The position numbers were made by a program, and so were the translations under genes. From NCBI GenBank assembly GCA_026396175.1, contig JAPLXG010000013.1, positions 65,267-129,266 on the forward strand: a stretch of 64,000 bases of DNA, read 5' to 3'. Below the pieces are notes generated by a model, which worked only from the letters and a program-made list of their open reading frames with translations, searched no databases and was not told the DNA's origin. This document shows positions 1-9,879 of the stretch, piece by piece. Numbering within the stretch: the stretch's first letter is position 1; the number at the start of each line of letters is the position of its first letter. The DNA is from Candidatus Moraniibacteriota bacterium (GTDB lineage Bacteria; Patescibacteriota; Minisyncoccia; Moranbacterales; UBA2206).

Positions 1-328
1 TTGGAATAAGTCCCAATTGTTCTCGCAATGAGGCATTTTGATTTTTTTCTTCTTGCAGGCTAGCCACCTGCGCCACCAAAGAATTATTTTCCCGAGAAAG
101 TTCCGCGTTATCTTTTTTTATTTCGGAAATAGAGGTCAAGAAAGCAGCCGTCTCTCCGATTTTTTGACTCGCTCCATAGAATACTTTTTGAAAAGGAAGC
201 GCGACAGTCAAAAAAATTCCCCGCACGGGATTCATAATCCCGCTGGGATTAAAAAAAATCAAAAGCGCGCAAATAATCATCGTAACGACTAGCTTGACTA
301 TTTTCGATGTAAAATATTTTTTAGGCAT
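1..328 (-). CDS. mreC: Rod shape-determining protein MreC, 5' part (runs off window edge)
   Basis: Manual translation from ATG 328: MPKKYFTSKIVKLVVTMIICALLIFFNPSG... an N-terminal TM helix then a coiled coil; directly downstream of mreB. Confidence 0.8.
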   Translation of the reverse strand, partial: MPKKYFTSKIVKLVVTMIICALLIFFNPSGIMNPVRGIFLTVALPFQKVFYGASQKIGETAAFLTSISEIKKDNAELSRENNSLVAQVASLQEEKNQNASLREQLGLIP

Positions 329-331
329 AAT

Positions 332-1417
332 TTAATCGAACGATTTTTCGTGCTGATTTTCCACTAAAATATCGCGCAAAGCGTCAATATCCTCCAGCAC
401 AATACCTGTCCCGCGCACGACCGCCGTGAGCGGATCTTCCATCATTCGCACCGGAATTTCCGTGTGATTGGCAATTAGCCGATCAATTCCCCGAATCAGG
501 CCACCGCCGCCAGCCAGGATTATGCCTTTTTGCATAATATCTGAAAGTAGTTCCGGTGGCGTTTCTTCCACGGCTGTTTTGATGTTGTTGATGATAATGC
601 GAATCGAGCGTGACAGCGCTTCGCGCGCTTGATCATCAGTGATGGTCACTTCTTTCGGCAGTCCCGTCACCAAGTCCCGGCCACGCACCTGCATTTGCCT
701 TTTTTCTTTCTGCACGCACGCGCTGCCAATCGCAATTTTCACGTCTTCCGCCGTTTTCTCTCCAATGAGCAGATTAAATTCATCCCGACAATAACGCACA
801 ATATCTTCATTCATTTCATCGCCGGCAATGCGCAAATTGCGTGAAACTACAATTCCGCCCAAAGAAATAACTGCGATATCAGTCGTTCCTCCGCCAATGT
901 CCACTACCATATTACCAGAAGCTTCTTGCACCGGCAGACGCGCGCCAATCGCCGCCGCCATCGGTTCATCGATCAGATAGGCCTCACGCGCACCAGCATT
1001 GAGTGTCGCATCAATCACCGCTCTTTTTTCCACCTCAGTCACGTCCGATGGAATGCCCACAATCACGCGCGGACGGGGAAAGAGCGTAAAACTGCCGCGA
1101 TGCACTTTGTCGATAAAATATTTGAGCATCTGCTGAGTAATTTCAAAATCACTTACCACGCCGTCTACCAGCGGTCGGACTGCCACGATATGTCCGGGAG
1201 TTTTTCCCACCATTTTTTTGGCTTCTTTCCCAATAGCTAAAATTTGTCCGGTTTTTTTATTAAGCGCTACCACGGAAGGCTCGTTAATCACAATTCCCCG
1301 CCCCTTCACATAGACCAAGGTATTTGCTGTTCCCAAATCAATTCCAATATCTTTGGAAAATCCTCCAAAGAGATCACCCGATATTTTTCTCGATAGATTT
1401 TTGAGTTTCTTTAGCAT
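332..1417 (-). CDS. mreB: Rod shape-determining protein MreB
   Basis: DIGIDLGTANT, EPMAAAIGA, VDIGGGTTD actin-like motifs. Confidence 0.97.
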   Translation of the reverse strand: MLKKLKNLSRKISGDLFGGFSKDIGIDLGTANTLVYVKGRGIVINEPSVVALNKKTGQILAIGKEAKKMVGKTPGHIVAVRPLVDGVVSDFEITQQMLKYFIDKVHRGSFTLFPRPRVIVGIPSDVTEVEKRAVIDATLNAGAREAYLIDEPMAAAIGARLPVQEASGNMVVDIGGGTTDIAVISLGGIVVSRNLRIAGDEMNEDIVRYCRDEFNLLIGEKTAEDVKIAIGSACVQKEKRQMQVRGRDLVTGLPKEVTITDDQAREALSRSIRIIINNIKTAVEETPPELLSDIMQKGIILAGGGGLIRGIDRLIANHTEIPVRMMEDPLTAVVRGTGIVLEDIDALRDILVENQHEKSFD

Positions 1418-1439
1418 AAATAATAACAGTTAATCTGAT

Positions 1440-2759
1440 TTAGAAAAGCTTAGCAATATCTTTATACGTCACCGCAAGCATAAGCAGCATAAGTAGCGCA
1501 AAAAAGAAAGTATGAAAAGCCTGCTCCACTTTTGGACTGACCGGCGAGCCTTTTATTGTTTCGATAAGCACAAATAAAATTCTTCCGCCGTCCAGTGCCG
1601 GAATTGGCAAGATATTGATGATGCCCAAATTGATACTAAGAATTGCCGCGAATTGGATGATATACACCAAGCCGAGATTGGCCACTTCTCTGGTGAGAAT
1701 GGCAATTCCCACTGGCCCAGAAACATCCGCTGAAGATCCGTGCCCAGCAAAGAGCATTTTAATGAGACCAAATAGTCCGACAAAAATCATCATTGTCATG
1801 TCCCTTACTGCCAAAAGCCCCTTCCAAATTGCCGCGTACCACGGATATTTAACTAACACTGTTTCCGAAAGCGCGATTCCCAGCGCACCTTGTCCCTGCG
1901 GCGCATCAACTCTCGGTGTGCCCTTCAGCTCCAATTTTTCCTTGCCCCGCAAAATTTCCAAAGTGATTTCTTTTCCTCGGTTAGCATTCACATAATCTTG
2001 CACCTCTTTGACATTTTTTAAATTAATGCTTTCTCCCGCTGGATCTTTTTGCGTCTTGGTAATTTCATCTCCAACTTTGAGCCCCATGAGACCCGCCGGT
2101 GCATCAGCGATTATCCCAGAAATTTGAATCTTGGAGTTGGCATTATTAGTATTTGCATCAGGGCTAATTTCTTCCGGCGCGCCAAGCATAAATGTAACCG
2201 AAAGCAAAATCCACGCGAAAATAAAATTCATCGCCACTCCCGCCGCCAAAATCTTAATCCGCTTCCAAGCGCTTTTGTTGGCAAAGCTATCTTCATCACC
2301 CGCATTTCCGCCATCTTCGCCTTTGATCCGCACAAAACCACCCAAGGGAAACCAATTCAAGGAATAAATCGTTCCGCCGCGAAATTGTTTTTCGTGCGCT
2401 TCTTGCAAATCTTGCCTCTCATTTTCATCATCGCCATCTTTATTGCCCCAAATAATTCTCCATTTTCCCACCGGCACATTTTTTTCCACATTGTGAAATT
2501 TTTCCGTGATGGTTTCTTGGATGATTTCTTCATCGCCAATTTTGATATCAATTTTTTCCCTTTCCACGCTTTCCATCTCGAAAAATTTCTTCTGCTCTTG
2601 ACCACTGATAAATTGGATGCCAACAATTCTTGGTGGAAAACCAAAACCAAATTCCGGCGCCTTCACGCCATTCCGCCGCGCCACCATAAAATGCCCCAAC
2701 TCGTGGACAAAAACGAGGAGCCCTAAAATTATGATGAAAATCAAAATCGCTACGAACAT
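1440..2759 (-). CDS. rseP: RseP-like M50 intramembrane zinc protease with PDZ domain
   Basis: HELGH, GFPP, PLGGFV, NILPIPALDGG motifs. Confidence 0.93.
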   Translation of the reverse strand: MFVAILIFIIILGLLVFVHELGHFMVARRNGVKAPEFGFGFPPRIVGIQFISGQEQKKFFEMESVEREKIDIKIGDEEIIQETITEKFHNVEKNVPVGKWRIIWGNKDGDDENERQDLQEAHEKQFRGGTIYSLNWFPLGGFVRIKGEDGGNAGDEDSFANKSAWKRIKILAAGVAMNFIFAWILLSVTFMLGAPEEISPDANTNNANSKIQISGIIADAPAGLMGLKVGDEITKTQKDPAGESINLKNVKEVQDYVNANRGKEITLEILRGKEKLELKGTPRVDAPQGQGALGIALSETVLVKYPWYAAIWKGLLAVRDMTMMIFVGLFGLIKMLFAGHGSSADVSGPVGIAILTREVANLGLVYIIQFAAILSINLGIINILPIPALDGGRILFVLIETIKGSPVSPKVEQAFHTFFFALLMLLMLAVTYKDIAKLF

Positions 2760-2799
2760 AGTAGTTTATATTAAAAAATTATTTTATTTTTTGTTTTCA

Positions 2800-2872
2800 C
2801 CTTCGCAGGTTCAGCTTTCCTCGCCCTTGCAAGTTCGGGTATCTTCGCCCTTGCAGGTTCAGGCGTCCTCGC
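2800..2872. repeat. Three degenerate ~24-bp tandem repeats (ccttgcaggttc...tcgc)
   Basis: Units at 2800, 2825 and 2849, read directly. Confidence 0.7.
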
Positions 2873-2981
2873 CTGAACCACATATTCCTGGGAGAGCTTA
2901 CTATTTTTAAATAGCCTTGCCAGAACTAGGTGGTTCAATCGAGACGATTAAACCTGCTTGAAAAGAATATTTTATCTAACC

Positions 2982-3527
2982 TCAAACCTGCATAATCTCC
3001 GCTTCTTTTTTCTTTCTAATCTCTTCAATCATCGCGTTATATTCTTCCACCACTTTTTGCAATTTTTCCTTGCCCTGAAACTTATCATCGTCCCCAATCG
3101 CAAGTGCCTGAATTTCATCCGAAATATCTTCACGCAATTTCCGCACGGCGACGCGCGCACCTTCTGCTTCAAGATTTAGAATCTTCACAAATTCTTTGCG
3201 TCGCTCTTCGGTCAGTGCCGGGATATTGATTCGGATTAATATTCCATCATTCATCGGATTGAGTCCCAAATCAGATTCCTTGATCGCTTTTTCGATGAGC
3301 GCCAAAGTACTTTTGTCCCAAGGAGAAATCACAATCGTGCGCGGTTCCGGGACAGACACGCTCGCCACCTGCTTCAGTGGGGATTTCGCGCCGTAATAAT
3401 CCACCGTCAAGTCGTCCACGAGTGCAGTTGAAGCTCTCCCTGTCCGTACCTTCCCCAAATTATCCTTGAAGTGCGCAATAGTTTTTTCAAAATTAACTTT
3501 GCTTTTTTCAATTAGTTCTTTGTACAT
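2982..3527 (-). CDS. frr: Ribosome recycling factor
   Basis: RTGRAS, LNPMNDG, IPALTEERRKE; ATG 3527 preferred because the longer ORF start lies inside a repeat element. Confidence 0.95.
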   Translation of the reverse strand: MYKELIEKSKVNFEKTIAHFKDNLGKVRTGRASTALVDDLTVDYYGAKSPLKQVASVSVPEPRTIVISPWDKSTLALIEKAIKESDLGLNPMNDGILIRINIPALTEERRKEFVKILNLEAEGARVAVRKLREDISDEIQALAIGDDDKFQGKEKLQKVVEEYNAMIEEIRKKKEAEIMQV

Positions 3528-3546
3528 AGTTTTTAAAAAAATTATC

Positions 3547-3769
3547 TTAGGACTTATGCGCTTGAATAGATTTGTCATCCTGAGCGGAGTCCGTACTCGG
3601 ACGCAGTCGAAGCCTGCCTGCCGGTAGGCAGGGATCTACCGACTATTATCGCTGGCTTAGTGATACATAGTAAGACCTAGGATTATCACAAGCAGATCCT
3701 TCGACTCCGCTACGCTTCGCTCAGGATGACATGGTTTGGTTATTTTTTTTGCAAATGCGTAAGTCCTAA
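3547..3769. mobile_element. Nested palindromic MITE-like element, copy 1 (outer TAGGACTTA/TAAGTCCTA, inner GTCATCCTGAG/CTCAGGATGAC)
   Basis: Two layers of inverted repeats; three more copies at 38633, 45201 and 62877. Confidence 0.8.
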
Positions 3770-3783
3770 AAAATAAATTATTT

Positions 3784-4860
3784 TTATTTGGCACTAAACC
3801 CAGCATAAATGATGCTTGGATTCAGTGGATTATATTCCAAAATATTTATCGGCTTTGGGACATCAAATTGTGCCGGTGTCCAAGTCTTGCCTTCATCAAT
3901 CGATTTATAGGTTGCTTGCATAGCGCCATACATAATTTCTCGTGAATTTTGCGGATTAATCGCGAGCGCTCCCACTGGCGAGTTTTGCGGATTATTCAAA
4001 GTCAAAATAGATTCCCATTTATCTCCCGCGTCCTTACTGCGAATGATGCCCGTTTTTCCTCCCAGATAGACCCATTTGCCGTTAGTGGGATCTGTTTCCA
4101 AAACACCGAAACCTGATCCAGCTGAAACAGTCACCACAATCTTTGCGGTCAAGCTTTCAAATTTATCCCCGCCATTAGAACTGACAAAAGCTTCGCCATT
4201 TTGCGTCAGCAGATAGACTAAATTGCCGTCTCGCGCATCAACGGCAATTTTCACTACCGGAGATTGCGCCTGAAGCAGACTGCGCCAAGAAATTCCTCCA
4301 TCCGCACTTTTCAGTACTTGATTATCGCTCGTCGCCGCATAGAGTGTCTGTGGATTTTTCTTGTCCACTGTCATTTGCACCACCAATGGTCCATTCGTCG
4401 CCGCGGTATAGATTTCCGTCCAAGAGTCTGTCGCTCCAGCGGCGGAATTTTTGAATATTTTTCCTCGTCCGGCAATGACAGTGCTGGCATAAATTGTTTG
4501 TGAATTATTTGGATCAACCGCCAACCCATAGATCTTGTCTGATTTAAACGTCAAAAATTCCCAACCATCCCCGCCACTGGTCGTCTTCATAATTCCCCCA
4601 CTGCGTAATCCAACATAAGCAATGTTTTGATTATTCGGATCCATCGCCAAACTGAGCGGATTGATGTCCGTCACTGTCGGCTTATTGGTCGCCACACTGG
4701 AATCCTTCCAACTCTTTCCGCCGTCACGGGAAATCCAGATGCTTTTGGAAATAGGATACGTCTGAACTGCTCCTGGAGTGGAAGCCACGGGCGTCAAAGC
4801 ACACCCGGTTAAAGCCAGGGTAAACGTAGCACAAGCTAGGATAACGACACCTTTTTTCAT
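3784..4860 (-). CDS. BNR/Asp-box beta-propeller lipoprotein
   Basis: Lipobox LTGC after signal peptide; repeated SxDGGxxW Asp-boxes; TATAAT 6 nt before ATG 4860. Confidence 0.85.
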   Translation of the reverse strand: MKKGVVILACATFTLALTGCALTPVASTPGAVQTYPISKSIWISRDGGKSWKDSSVATNKPTVTDINPLSLAMDPNNQNIAYVGLRSGGIMKTTSGGDGWEFLTFKSDKIYGLAVDPNNSQTIYASTVIAGRGKIFKNSAAGATDSWTEIYTAATNGPLVVQMTVDKKNPQTLYAATSDNQVLKSADGGISWRSLLQAQSPVVKIAVDARDGNLVYLLTQNGEAFVSSNGGDKFESLTAKIVVTVSAGSGFGVLETDPTNGKWVYLGGKTGIIRSKDAGDKWESILTLNNPQNSPVGALAINPQNSREIMYGAMQATYKSIDEGKTWTPAQFDVPKPINILEYNPLNPSIIYAGFSAK

Positions 4861-4917
4861 TTTTCCATTATACAACACAAAACAAAAAAAATCCAATATT
4901 GGATTTTTTTGCTTTTA

Positions 4918-5095
4918 GTGCGCCCACCAGGATTTCCGCCAGTGGGCGGATGACCGTTTGCTTAAAAGTCCGCCGGCTGGCGGATCTACCAGCGAGTTTT
5001 TTATTTGTGCGCCCACCAGGATTTCCGCCAGTGGGCGGATGACCGTTTGCTTAAAAGTCCGCCGGCTGGCGGATCTACCAGCGAGTTTTTTATTT
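4918..5095 (-). repeat. Two identical 89-bp tandem copies of tRNA-Lys-derived sequence with palindromes replacing parts of the T and anticodon arms
   Basis: Units start at 4918 and 5007, in register with the real tRNA at 5096. Confidence 0.9.
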
Positions 5096-5096
5096 G

Positions 5097-5170
5097 TGCG
5101 CCCACCAGGATTCGAACCTGGGACCGTTTGCTTAAAAGGCAACTGCTCTACCAGACTGAGCTATAGGCGC
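5097..5170 (-). tRNA. tRNA-Lys(UUU)
   Basis: GCGCCTATAGCTCAGTCTGGTAGAGCAGTTGCCTTTTAAGCAAACGGTCCCAGGTTCGAATCCTGGTGGGCGCA; cloverleaf with anticodon TTT. Confidence 0.93.
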
Positions 5171-5232
5171 ATGGTTTAAATTTAAGACCGTTTACTTAAT
5201 AGTCCGCCAGCCGGCGAATCTACCAGACTGAA

Positions 5233-5511
5233 CTAACGACATAAATTATTATTTTCTATTAAATTTTTTACAAACATTCTTCCTTGACAGCTTTTTAATT
5301 CCTTTTCTCTTTTCATTGCTTCACCCCTACTTCCAAAACTTTCCTCGTAAATCAACTTCCAGCATCCACTATTCTTACTCGTAAACGATGTCTTCTTATT
5401 TTTTAATACTCCATTATGTCTCAACAACCTATTTTCTAAATCAGCAGTCTGTCCAATATAGATCGCGTCTTTTTCTTTATTGTAAATTACGTAAGCTTTA
5501 AACATACTCAC
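5233..5511 (-). CDS. Stand-alone GIY-YIG nuclease (UPF0213/YhbQ-like)
   Basis: AYVIY...IYIGQT, RLLRHN, EAMKREKELKS; flanked by tRNA-Lys-derived direct repeats at 5186-5235 and 5518-5577. Confidence 0.9.
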   Translation of the reverse strand: MSMFKAYVIYNKEKDAIYIGQTADLENRLLRHNGVLKNKKTSFTSKNSGCWKLIYEESFGSRGEAMKREKELKSCQGRMFVKNLIENNNLCR

Positions 5512-5646
5512 TTCCTAGGACCTTTTGCTTAATAGTCCGCCGGCTGGCGGATCTACCAGACTGAGCTATAGGCGCATAATTCGATTTTATGACAACTTTG
5601 CCAGTATAAACACTAAAAAACTTTCCGTCAAGGAGTTTTTCGCTTC

Positions 5647-5698
5647 AGTTATTCGCTGCGCGAACCCCCGCTACGAATGGGGGACATGCGAATTGTTA
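5647..5698. repeat. ~52-bp structured repeat, copy 1 (copy 2 at 46268-46319)
   Basis: agttattcgcNNcgcgaa-stem-tacgaat-stem-acatgcgaatt with a covarying stem. Confidence 0.75.
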
Positions 5699-5729
5699 TT
5701 TTTTGAAAAATTATATGCTAAAATCTGCC

Positions 5730-6230
5730 TTATCTGAGAATTCTTTTGTGGATCAGAAACATAAACACCAGCGGAGCCAGCATCCAAAAAAAAGCGAAAT
5801 TGGGCGAAACTAGATAATCATAGGAGCTGGGAGAAACATAGCCTAGGGCGATTTTTTTCGGCATAATAGTTAGCGCCACACTGAGCAGTAGCATCACTTC
5901 CAGAAAACTCATCACAAACACTCGCCAGAGAAAACCTTTGCCGGAACCAGAAAGTTGAATCTCAAACATTTTCTTTCCCAGCACGGTGAGTAAAATTATT
6001 ATGCCAAAAAATAGCATCAAGCTATAGGTATAGTCAGGGAGAATCCCCTTGGGAAAAACGCCCAGGAGCGCGACAGAAACATAGATATTGATAAGCACCG
6101 TGATTAACTTGAAGCGGCCAATCGACATCCCGAACACAAAACTAATGAGCGCGATGGCTAGAAATAGCATCACGTCCTGAGATGTTTTTGAGGAAAGTCC
6201 CAATTGAGAAAAAATCAAACTAAGATTCAT
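5730..6230 (-). CDS. Hypothetical multi-pass membrane protein
   Basis: About five hydrophobic segments; start uncertain (6230 or 6251). Confidence 0.75.
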   Translation of the reverse strand: MNLSLIFSQLGLSSKTSQDVMLFLAIALISFVFGMSIGRFKLITVLINIYVSVALLGVFPKGILPDYTYSLMLFFGIIILLTVLGKKMFEIQLSGSGKGFLWRVFVMSFLEVMLLLSVALTIMPKKIALGYVSPSSYDYLVSPNFAFFWMLAPLVFMFLIHKRILR

Positions 6231-6513
6231 TTTGGTTTTATCCCCCACCACTTTTTTGCTCGCACTTATTAAGTGAACAGGGAATGTTTTGTTAGTTTTT
6301 TTATTAGTTTATCAAAATAATTCTGCAGATAAATAAAACTCCCAAAGCAAAAAAGTGGTAAGGGATGAATTATTTTTATACTCTTATCTTACTCTCTTTT
6401 TATTTTTTTGTCACGAAGAAAAATTACATCAAGAGGCAGGCAAACTCGAACCTGCAAAAGCTTCAAAATTGAGCCCTTCCTGTTCACTGATTCCTGTTCA
6501 TTGTTCACTGTTT

Positions 6514-7629
6514 TTACTCCCCCAACTGGCCCAACTCCTCAAGCAATCTTTTTTGCTCACGGTTTAGACGTTTCGGAATCCGCACAATCACTTTCACGAT
6601 CTGATTGCCACGCGATCCCGAATGCAGATTGGGTACACCCTTGCCTTTGACGCGAAACTGCTCGCCCGACTGCGTCCCGGAAGGAATTTTCAAAGTTAAG
6701 CGACCATCAATCGTTTCAATGATCGTCTCGCCACCCAGCGCCGCGACCGAAAAAGGAATTTCCACTGAACTCAAAATATCCTGTCCATTTCTTTTAAATT
6801 CCTTATGCGCCCGGACATGGACATTAATATATAAATCACCAGGAACTCCACCAACTCCGCCCGCTTCTCCCGCGCCTTGCATCGAAAGCGTCTGCCCATC
6901 AGCAATTCCCGCCGGAATCTCAATGTCTAATTTATTCTCTGCCATCACCCGACCATCCCCTCTGCACTTAGAGCATTTCTTTGAGATAATTTTGCCAACA
7001 CCGTGACAATCCGGACACTCTGCCACTTGCGAAAAACTGCCGAAAAAACTACGACTGATTTTTTGCACGCGCCCCGCTCCACCGCAAGTCGCACAAGTCT
7101 TGAGTTCACTGCCTTTTTCACCGCCAGCACCATCACAACGATCACAAATTGTGCTTTTGCGTAAATTGATTTGTCGCTTTGCGCCACTGACCATTTCAGC
7201 AAAATCTATTTCCACATCCACTTGAATATCTTTTCCGCGCTTGCGGCGAGTTGTACTGCCGCCGCGACCACCACTAAAAATTGAAGAAAAAATATCTTCA
7301 AAGTCTCCTCCATCAAAACCGAAGCCCTGACTCGAAAAGTCCCAGCCCGAGGCGGGTCCGCCTTGGGAGGAAAAGCCACCAAAACCTTGTCCACCGCCCG
7401 CACCTGACCTCCCCGCTTGATCAAATGTCTGACCATATTGGTCATATTGCGAACGTTTAGATTTGTCGGAAAGCACCTGATAGGCCTCGTTAATTTCCTT
7501 GAACTTCGCCTCGTCACCACCAGTCTTATCTGGATGATGCTTGTGCGCCAACTTGCGATAAGCTTTTTTGATCTCATCGTCGCTGGCGCCTTTGGAAACG
7601 CCTAAAATATTATAGTAATCGTTAGACAT
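6514..7629 (-). CDS. dnaJ: Chaperone DnaJ
   Basis: HPD J-domain, G/F region, four CxxCxGxG repeats. Confidence 0.97.
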   Translation of the reverse strand: MSNDYYNILGVSKGASDDEIKKAYRKLAHKHHPDKTGGDEAKFKEINEAYQVLSDKSKRSQYDQYGQTFDQAGRSGAGGGQGFGGFSSQGGPASGWDFSSQGFGFDGGDFEDIFSSIFSGGRGGSTTRRKRGKDIQVDVEIDFAEMVSGAKRQINLRKSTICDRCDGAGGEKGSELKTCATCGGAGRVQKISRSFFGSFSQVAECPDCHGVGKIISKKCSKCRGDGRVMAENKLDIEIPAGIADGQTLSMQGAGEAGGVGGVPGDLYINVHVRAHKEFKRNGQDILSSVEIPFSVAALGGETIIETIDGRLTLKIPSGTQSGEQFRVKGKGVPNLHSGSRGNQIVKVIVRIPKRLNREQKRLLEELGQLGE

Positions 7630-7687
7630 AAAAATAGTTTAAATTAGAGAAAAATCACACTCCAAATATTAGCATGAATTAAAAAAA

Positions 7688-7714
7688 TTAGCAATCCCCT
7701 GCGGTGAGTGCTAA
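7688..7714. promoter_or_regulatory. CIRCE operator upstream of dnaJ
   Basis: TTAGCAaTC-N9-GAGTGCTAA, one mismatch to consensus; hrcA is in the window. Confidence 0.85.
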
Positions 7715-7734
7715 TTTGCCTTTTTAGGCCCCCT

Positions 7735-8736
7735 CTATTCAATCACTTCCATTTCCACCGGGACCTTTTTTATCGTCACGATGTTCGTGGAAAGAAAAAT
7801 CCAAAAGATAAGACTGATCAAATGCACCAAAATTCGAAGCAAAAATGCCCCCAGTGAAAGTACGGTTAAAAACAAGATCAGTGCCATCCCAAGAGGAACA
7901 GCCGGGAAACCTTCATTGGCATAATCCGGCGAAGCAAAGCTTTGAATTTTTTGATTCATAATTTCCGTGAGAACAGTGGATACTTTTTCCGTTCCATTCA
8001 GTTTCTGATTAGCCATTTTCCCCATCTGTTCCCTGCCCGCTTCTAGGATTTTTTGTTTTTGCAGCTCTTGCACTTTTTGCAGATTAACCGCAGAAATCGC
8101 CTGATTATCTTGAGCTAAATTAAGCAAATCTGCTTCCCCACTACCAACTTGGCTTTCCTCGTAATTTTGCAAAATCATCTGATCAACCGTCAAATTTTTA
8201 TCATTCAATTTTTGTAAATCGGGATTAATTTTATAGAGAAATTCTTGCGCCAATTTATTATCCACAATCACGCCCGCATCAAAAGCCGGCAGCTTTAAAA
8301 GCCCCACCGCTGCCGCTTCGAAATAGTATTGGCTAGAAATAACGAGCGCCAGTGCGAAGATGAAAGAAACCTTTCCCATCCGCAAAGTTTTTGGCAGATG
8401 CAATTTCACGTTCATTCCCAGGTCACTTCTGATTTGCCGGAAAGAAACATAAACCAGCCCCGAAGCTAAAAGCAAAATCAAAAAATGCCAAACGTTGGGC
8501 GCAAAAATTAGACTCAAAAAAATTCCCAGCCCGATAGAAAGATTGATCAGTATTTTTTCTTTGACCAGAATAAATTTCAAAGAATAGACAACATACAAAA
8601 GGGAAAGCCACAGCATCGGCACGAGCCAAACGCTCGACCCAGAAACAGTAATCGCAGAACTCACTGAAAACCAAGTAAAGAAGGCCGCGATAAGTGAAAG
8701 AAAAAAGAGCGAAAACTTAAGAATATTTTTTTGCAT
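7735..8736 (-). CDS. Hypothetical membrane protein
   Basis: 333-aa ORF with several N-terminal TM helices, a soluble middle and a C-terminal TM region. Confidence 0.75.
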   Translation of the reverse strand: MQKNILKFSLFFLSLIAAFFTWFSVSSAITVSGSSVWLVPMLWLSLLYVVYSLKFILVKEKILINLSIGLGIFLSLIFAPNVWHFLILLLASGLVYVSFRQIRSDLGMNVKLHLPKTLRMGKVSFIFALALVISSQYYFEAAAVGLLKLPAFDAGVIVDNKLAQEFLYKINPDLQKLNDKNLTVDQMILQNYEESQVGSGEADLLNLAQDNQAISAVNLQKVQELQKQKILEAGREQMGKMANQKLNGTEKVSTVLTEIMNQKIQSFASPDYANEGFPAVPLGMALILFLTVLSLGAFLLRILVHLISLIFWIFLSTNIVTIKKVPVEMEVIE

Positions 8737-8877
8737 TTTTTAGTTTTGGAAAGTTATGCTTTTATTTTAGCAAAAATTAGCAAATTAAGAAAGACCTTGC
8801 CAAAAGAAGCCTCCCGTGCTAATAATGATGCAGATAGAAAAATGTATTTTCTAAAAACCATCCTGAAAGGAGGAAGT

Positions 8878-9192
8878 ATGGCGAAGCCAAACATTGAAAA
8901 ATGGTGTGAGAATGTGCTTGGGGGTACTTTTTGCTATAAAACACTCCCCCTGCAGACAGCCATAGGAAACGGAATGGATTTGAACATCTTCAGGGAATAC
9001 CTGACTTGCCTGGAAAGGGGCGAGGATGGAATACGGTGCTCCTCCATATTGATGCAGAAATACAAGTTCAAAACGGTATTTCTGTGGGTTGCTTTCAGAA
9101 ACGGAAGGGACATTGTCAATATACTCCGAAAATATATTGACCTCTTGGAAGCTGAGATGTCTAACAATAGAAAGATGGAGGAACGTTCATGA
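8878..9192 (+). CDS. Small hypothetical protein
   Basis: AAGGAGG Shine-Dalgarno before ATG 8878; ATGA overlap with the next ORF. Confidence 0.65.
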   Translation: MAKPNIEKWCENVLGGTFCYKTLPLQTAIGNGMDLNIFREYLTCLERGEDGIRCSSILMQKYKFKTVFLWVAFRNGRDIVNILRKYIDLLEAEMSNNRKMEERS

Positions 9193-9413
9193 AAAAAAGC
9201 GTAATCGTTTTTCTGGTGGTGGTATTTTTTGTCGCTACCGCCACGACTGAAGTACTGGCCTGCTACCATCCAGTGGTAATCGCACTCCATCGCCCGAAAA
9301 CGGTATGTTTCGGGTTCGTCCGCCACTTTGTCAGAGTGCGCGGAGTGGATAATATTTTACGTTATCGCATTGTAGAAGTCCTAGAGGAGCTTCCCTGCCC
9401 ACCAAAAAAGTAG
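9189..9413 (+). CDS. Small secreted hypothetical protein
   Basis: Signal peptide MKKSVIVFLVVVFFVATAT; hairpin follows at 9421-9450. Confidence 0.6.
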   Translation: MKKSVIVFLVVVFFVATATTEVLACYHPVVIALHRPKTVCFGFVRHFVRVRGVDNILRYRIVEVLEELPCPPKK

Positions 9414-9495
9414 CACCAATGACGGATCCTGGAATTCTCCCGGGTCCGTTGTATTATTTTCTAAGATAATTCAGCTTCTCGGTTTTTTTCGGAGC

Positions 9496-9524
9496 TTGAC
9501 AAAAAGCCGGATTAAGCGTATAAT
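9496..9524 (+). promoter_or_regulatory. Consensus sigma70 promoter
   Basis: TTGACA-N17-TATAAT. Confidence 0.8.
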
Positions 9525-9591
9525 TAAGAGTTAGTGGATGTTGAAAATTCAATCAAAAACAGCCCTGAATCTAGGGCAAAAGGAGGAAATC

Positions 9592-9849
9592 ATGTTTTTT
9601 AAAAAACCTATCGCCGTAATGGCGATACTATGTTTGTACGTTGTGTTCTGCGGCCATGGGGGCTGCGGACATATGGCAGTTCCCTTGGTAGTGGGCGCGA
9701 TAGTCGGTGGAATTCTCTTGGCTCCTCCTCCACCTTGTTACTTTCGGTACCCGCCACCAGGTTATTATGCACCCCCACCAACGTATTACCCTGGTGGCGA
9801 ATGGCGGCATGATTATTATGGCCGCCTCTATTGGCATGCATACTACTGA
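9592..9849 (+). CDS. Small Pro/Tyr-rich membrane or secreted protein
   Basis: AAGGAGG SD, own promoter and terminator; two hydrophobic segments then PPPP/YY-rich tail. Confidence 0.65.
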   Translation: MFFKKPIAVMAILCLYVVFCGHGGCGHMAVPLVVGAIVGGILLAPPPPCYFRYPPPGYYAPPPTYYPGGEWRHDYYGRLYWHAYY

Positions 9850-9879
9850 CCATAAAGAGCGCTATATCGATAGTCCAAC

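Noticed and set aside
4918-5170. CRISPR array
   Set aside because: Units are fully identical with no unique spacers, derive from tRNA-Lys, and no cas genes are present.
4915-5737. Short ORFs such as MLKSPPAGG... and MPFKQTV...
   Set aside because: They are translations of tRNA and palindrome repeats, not plausible genes.
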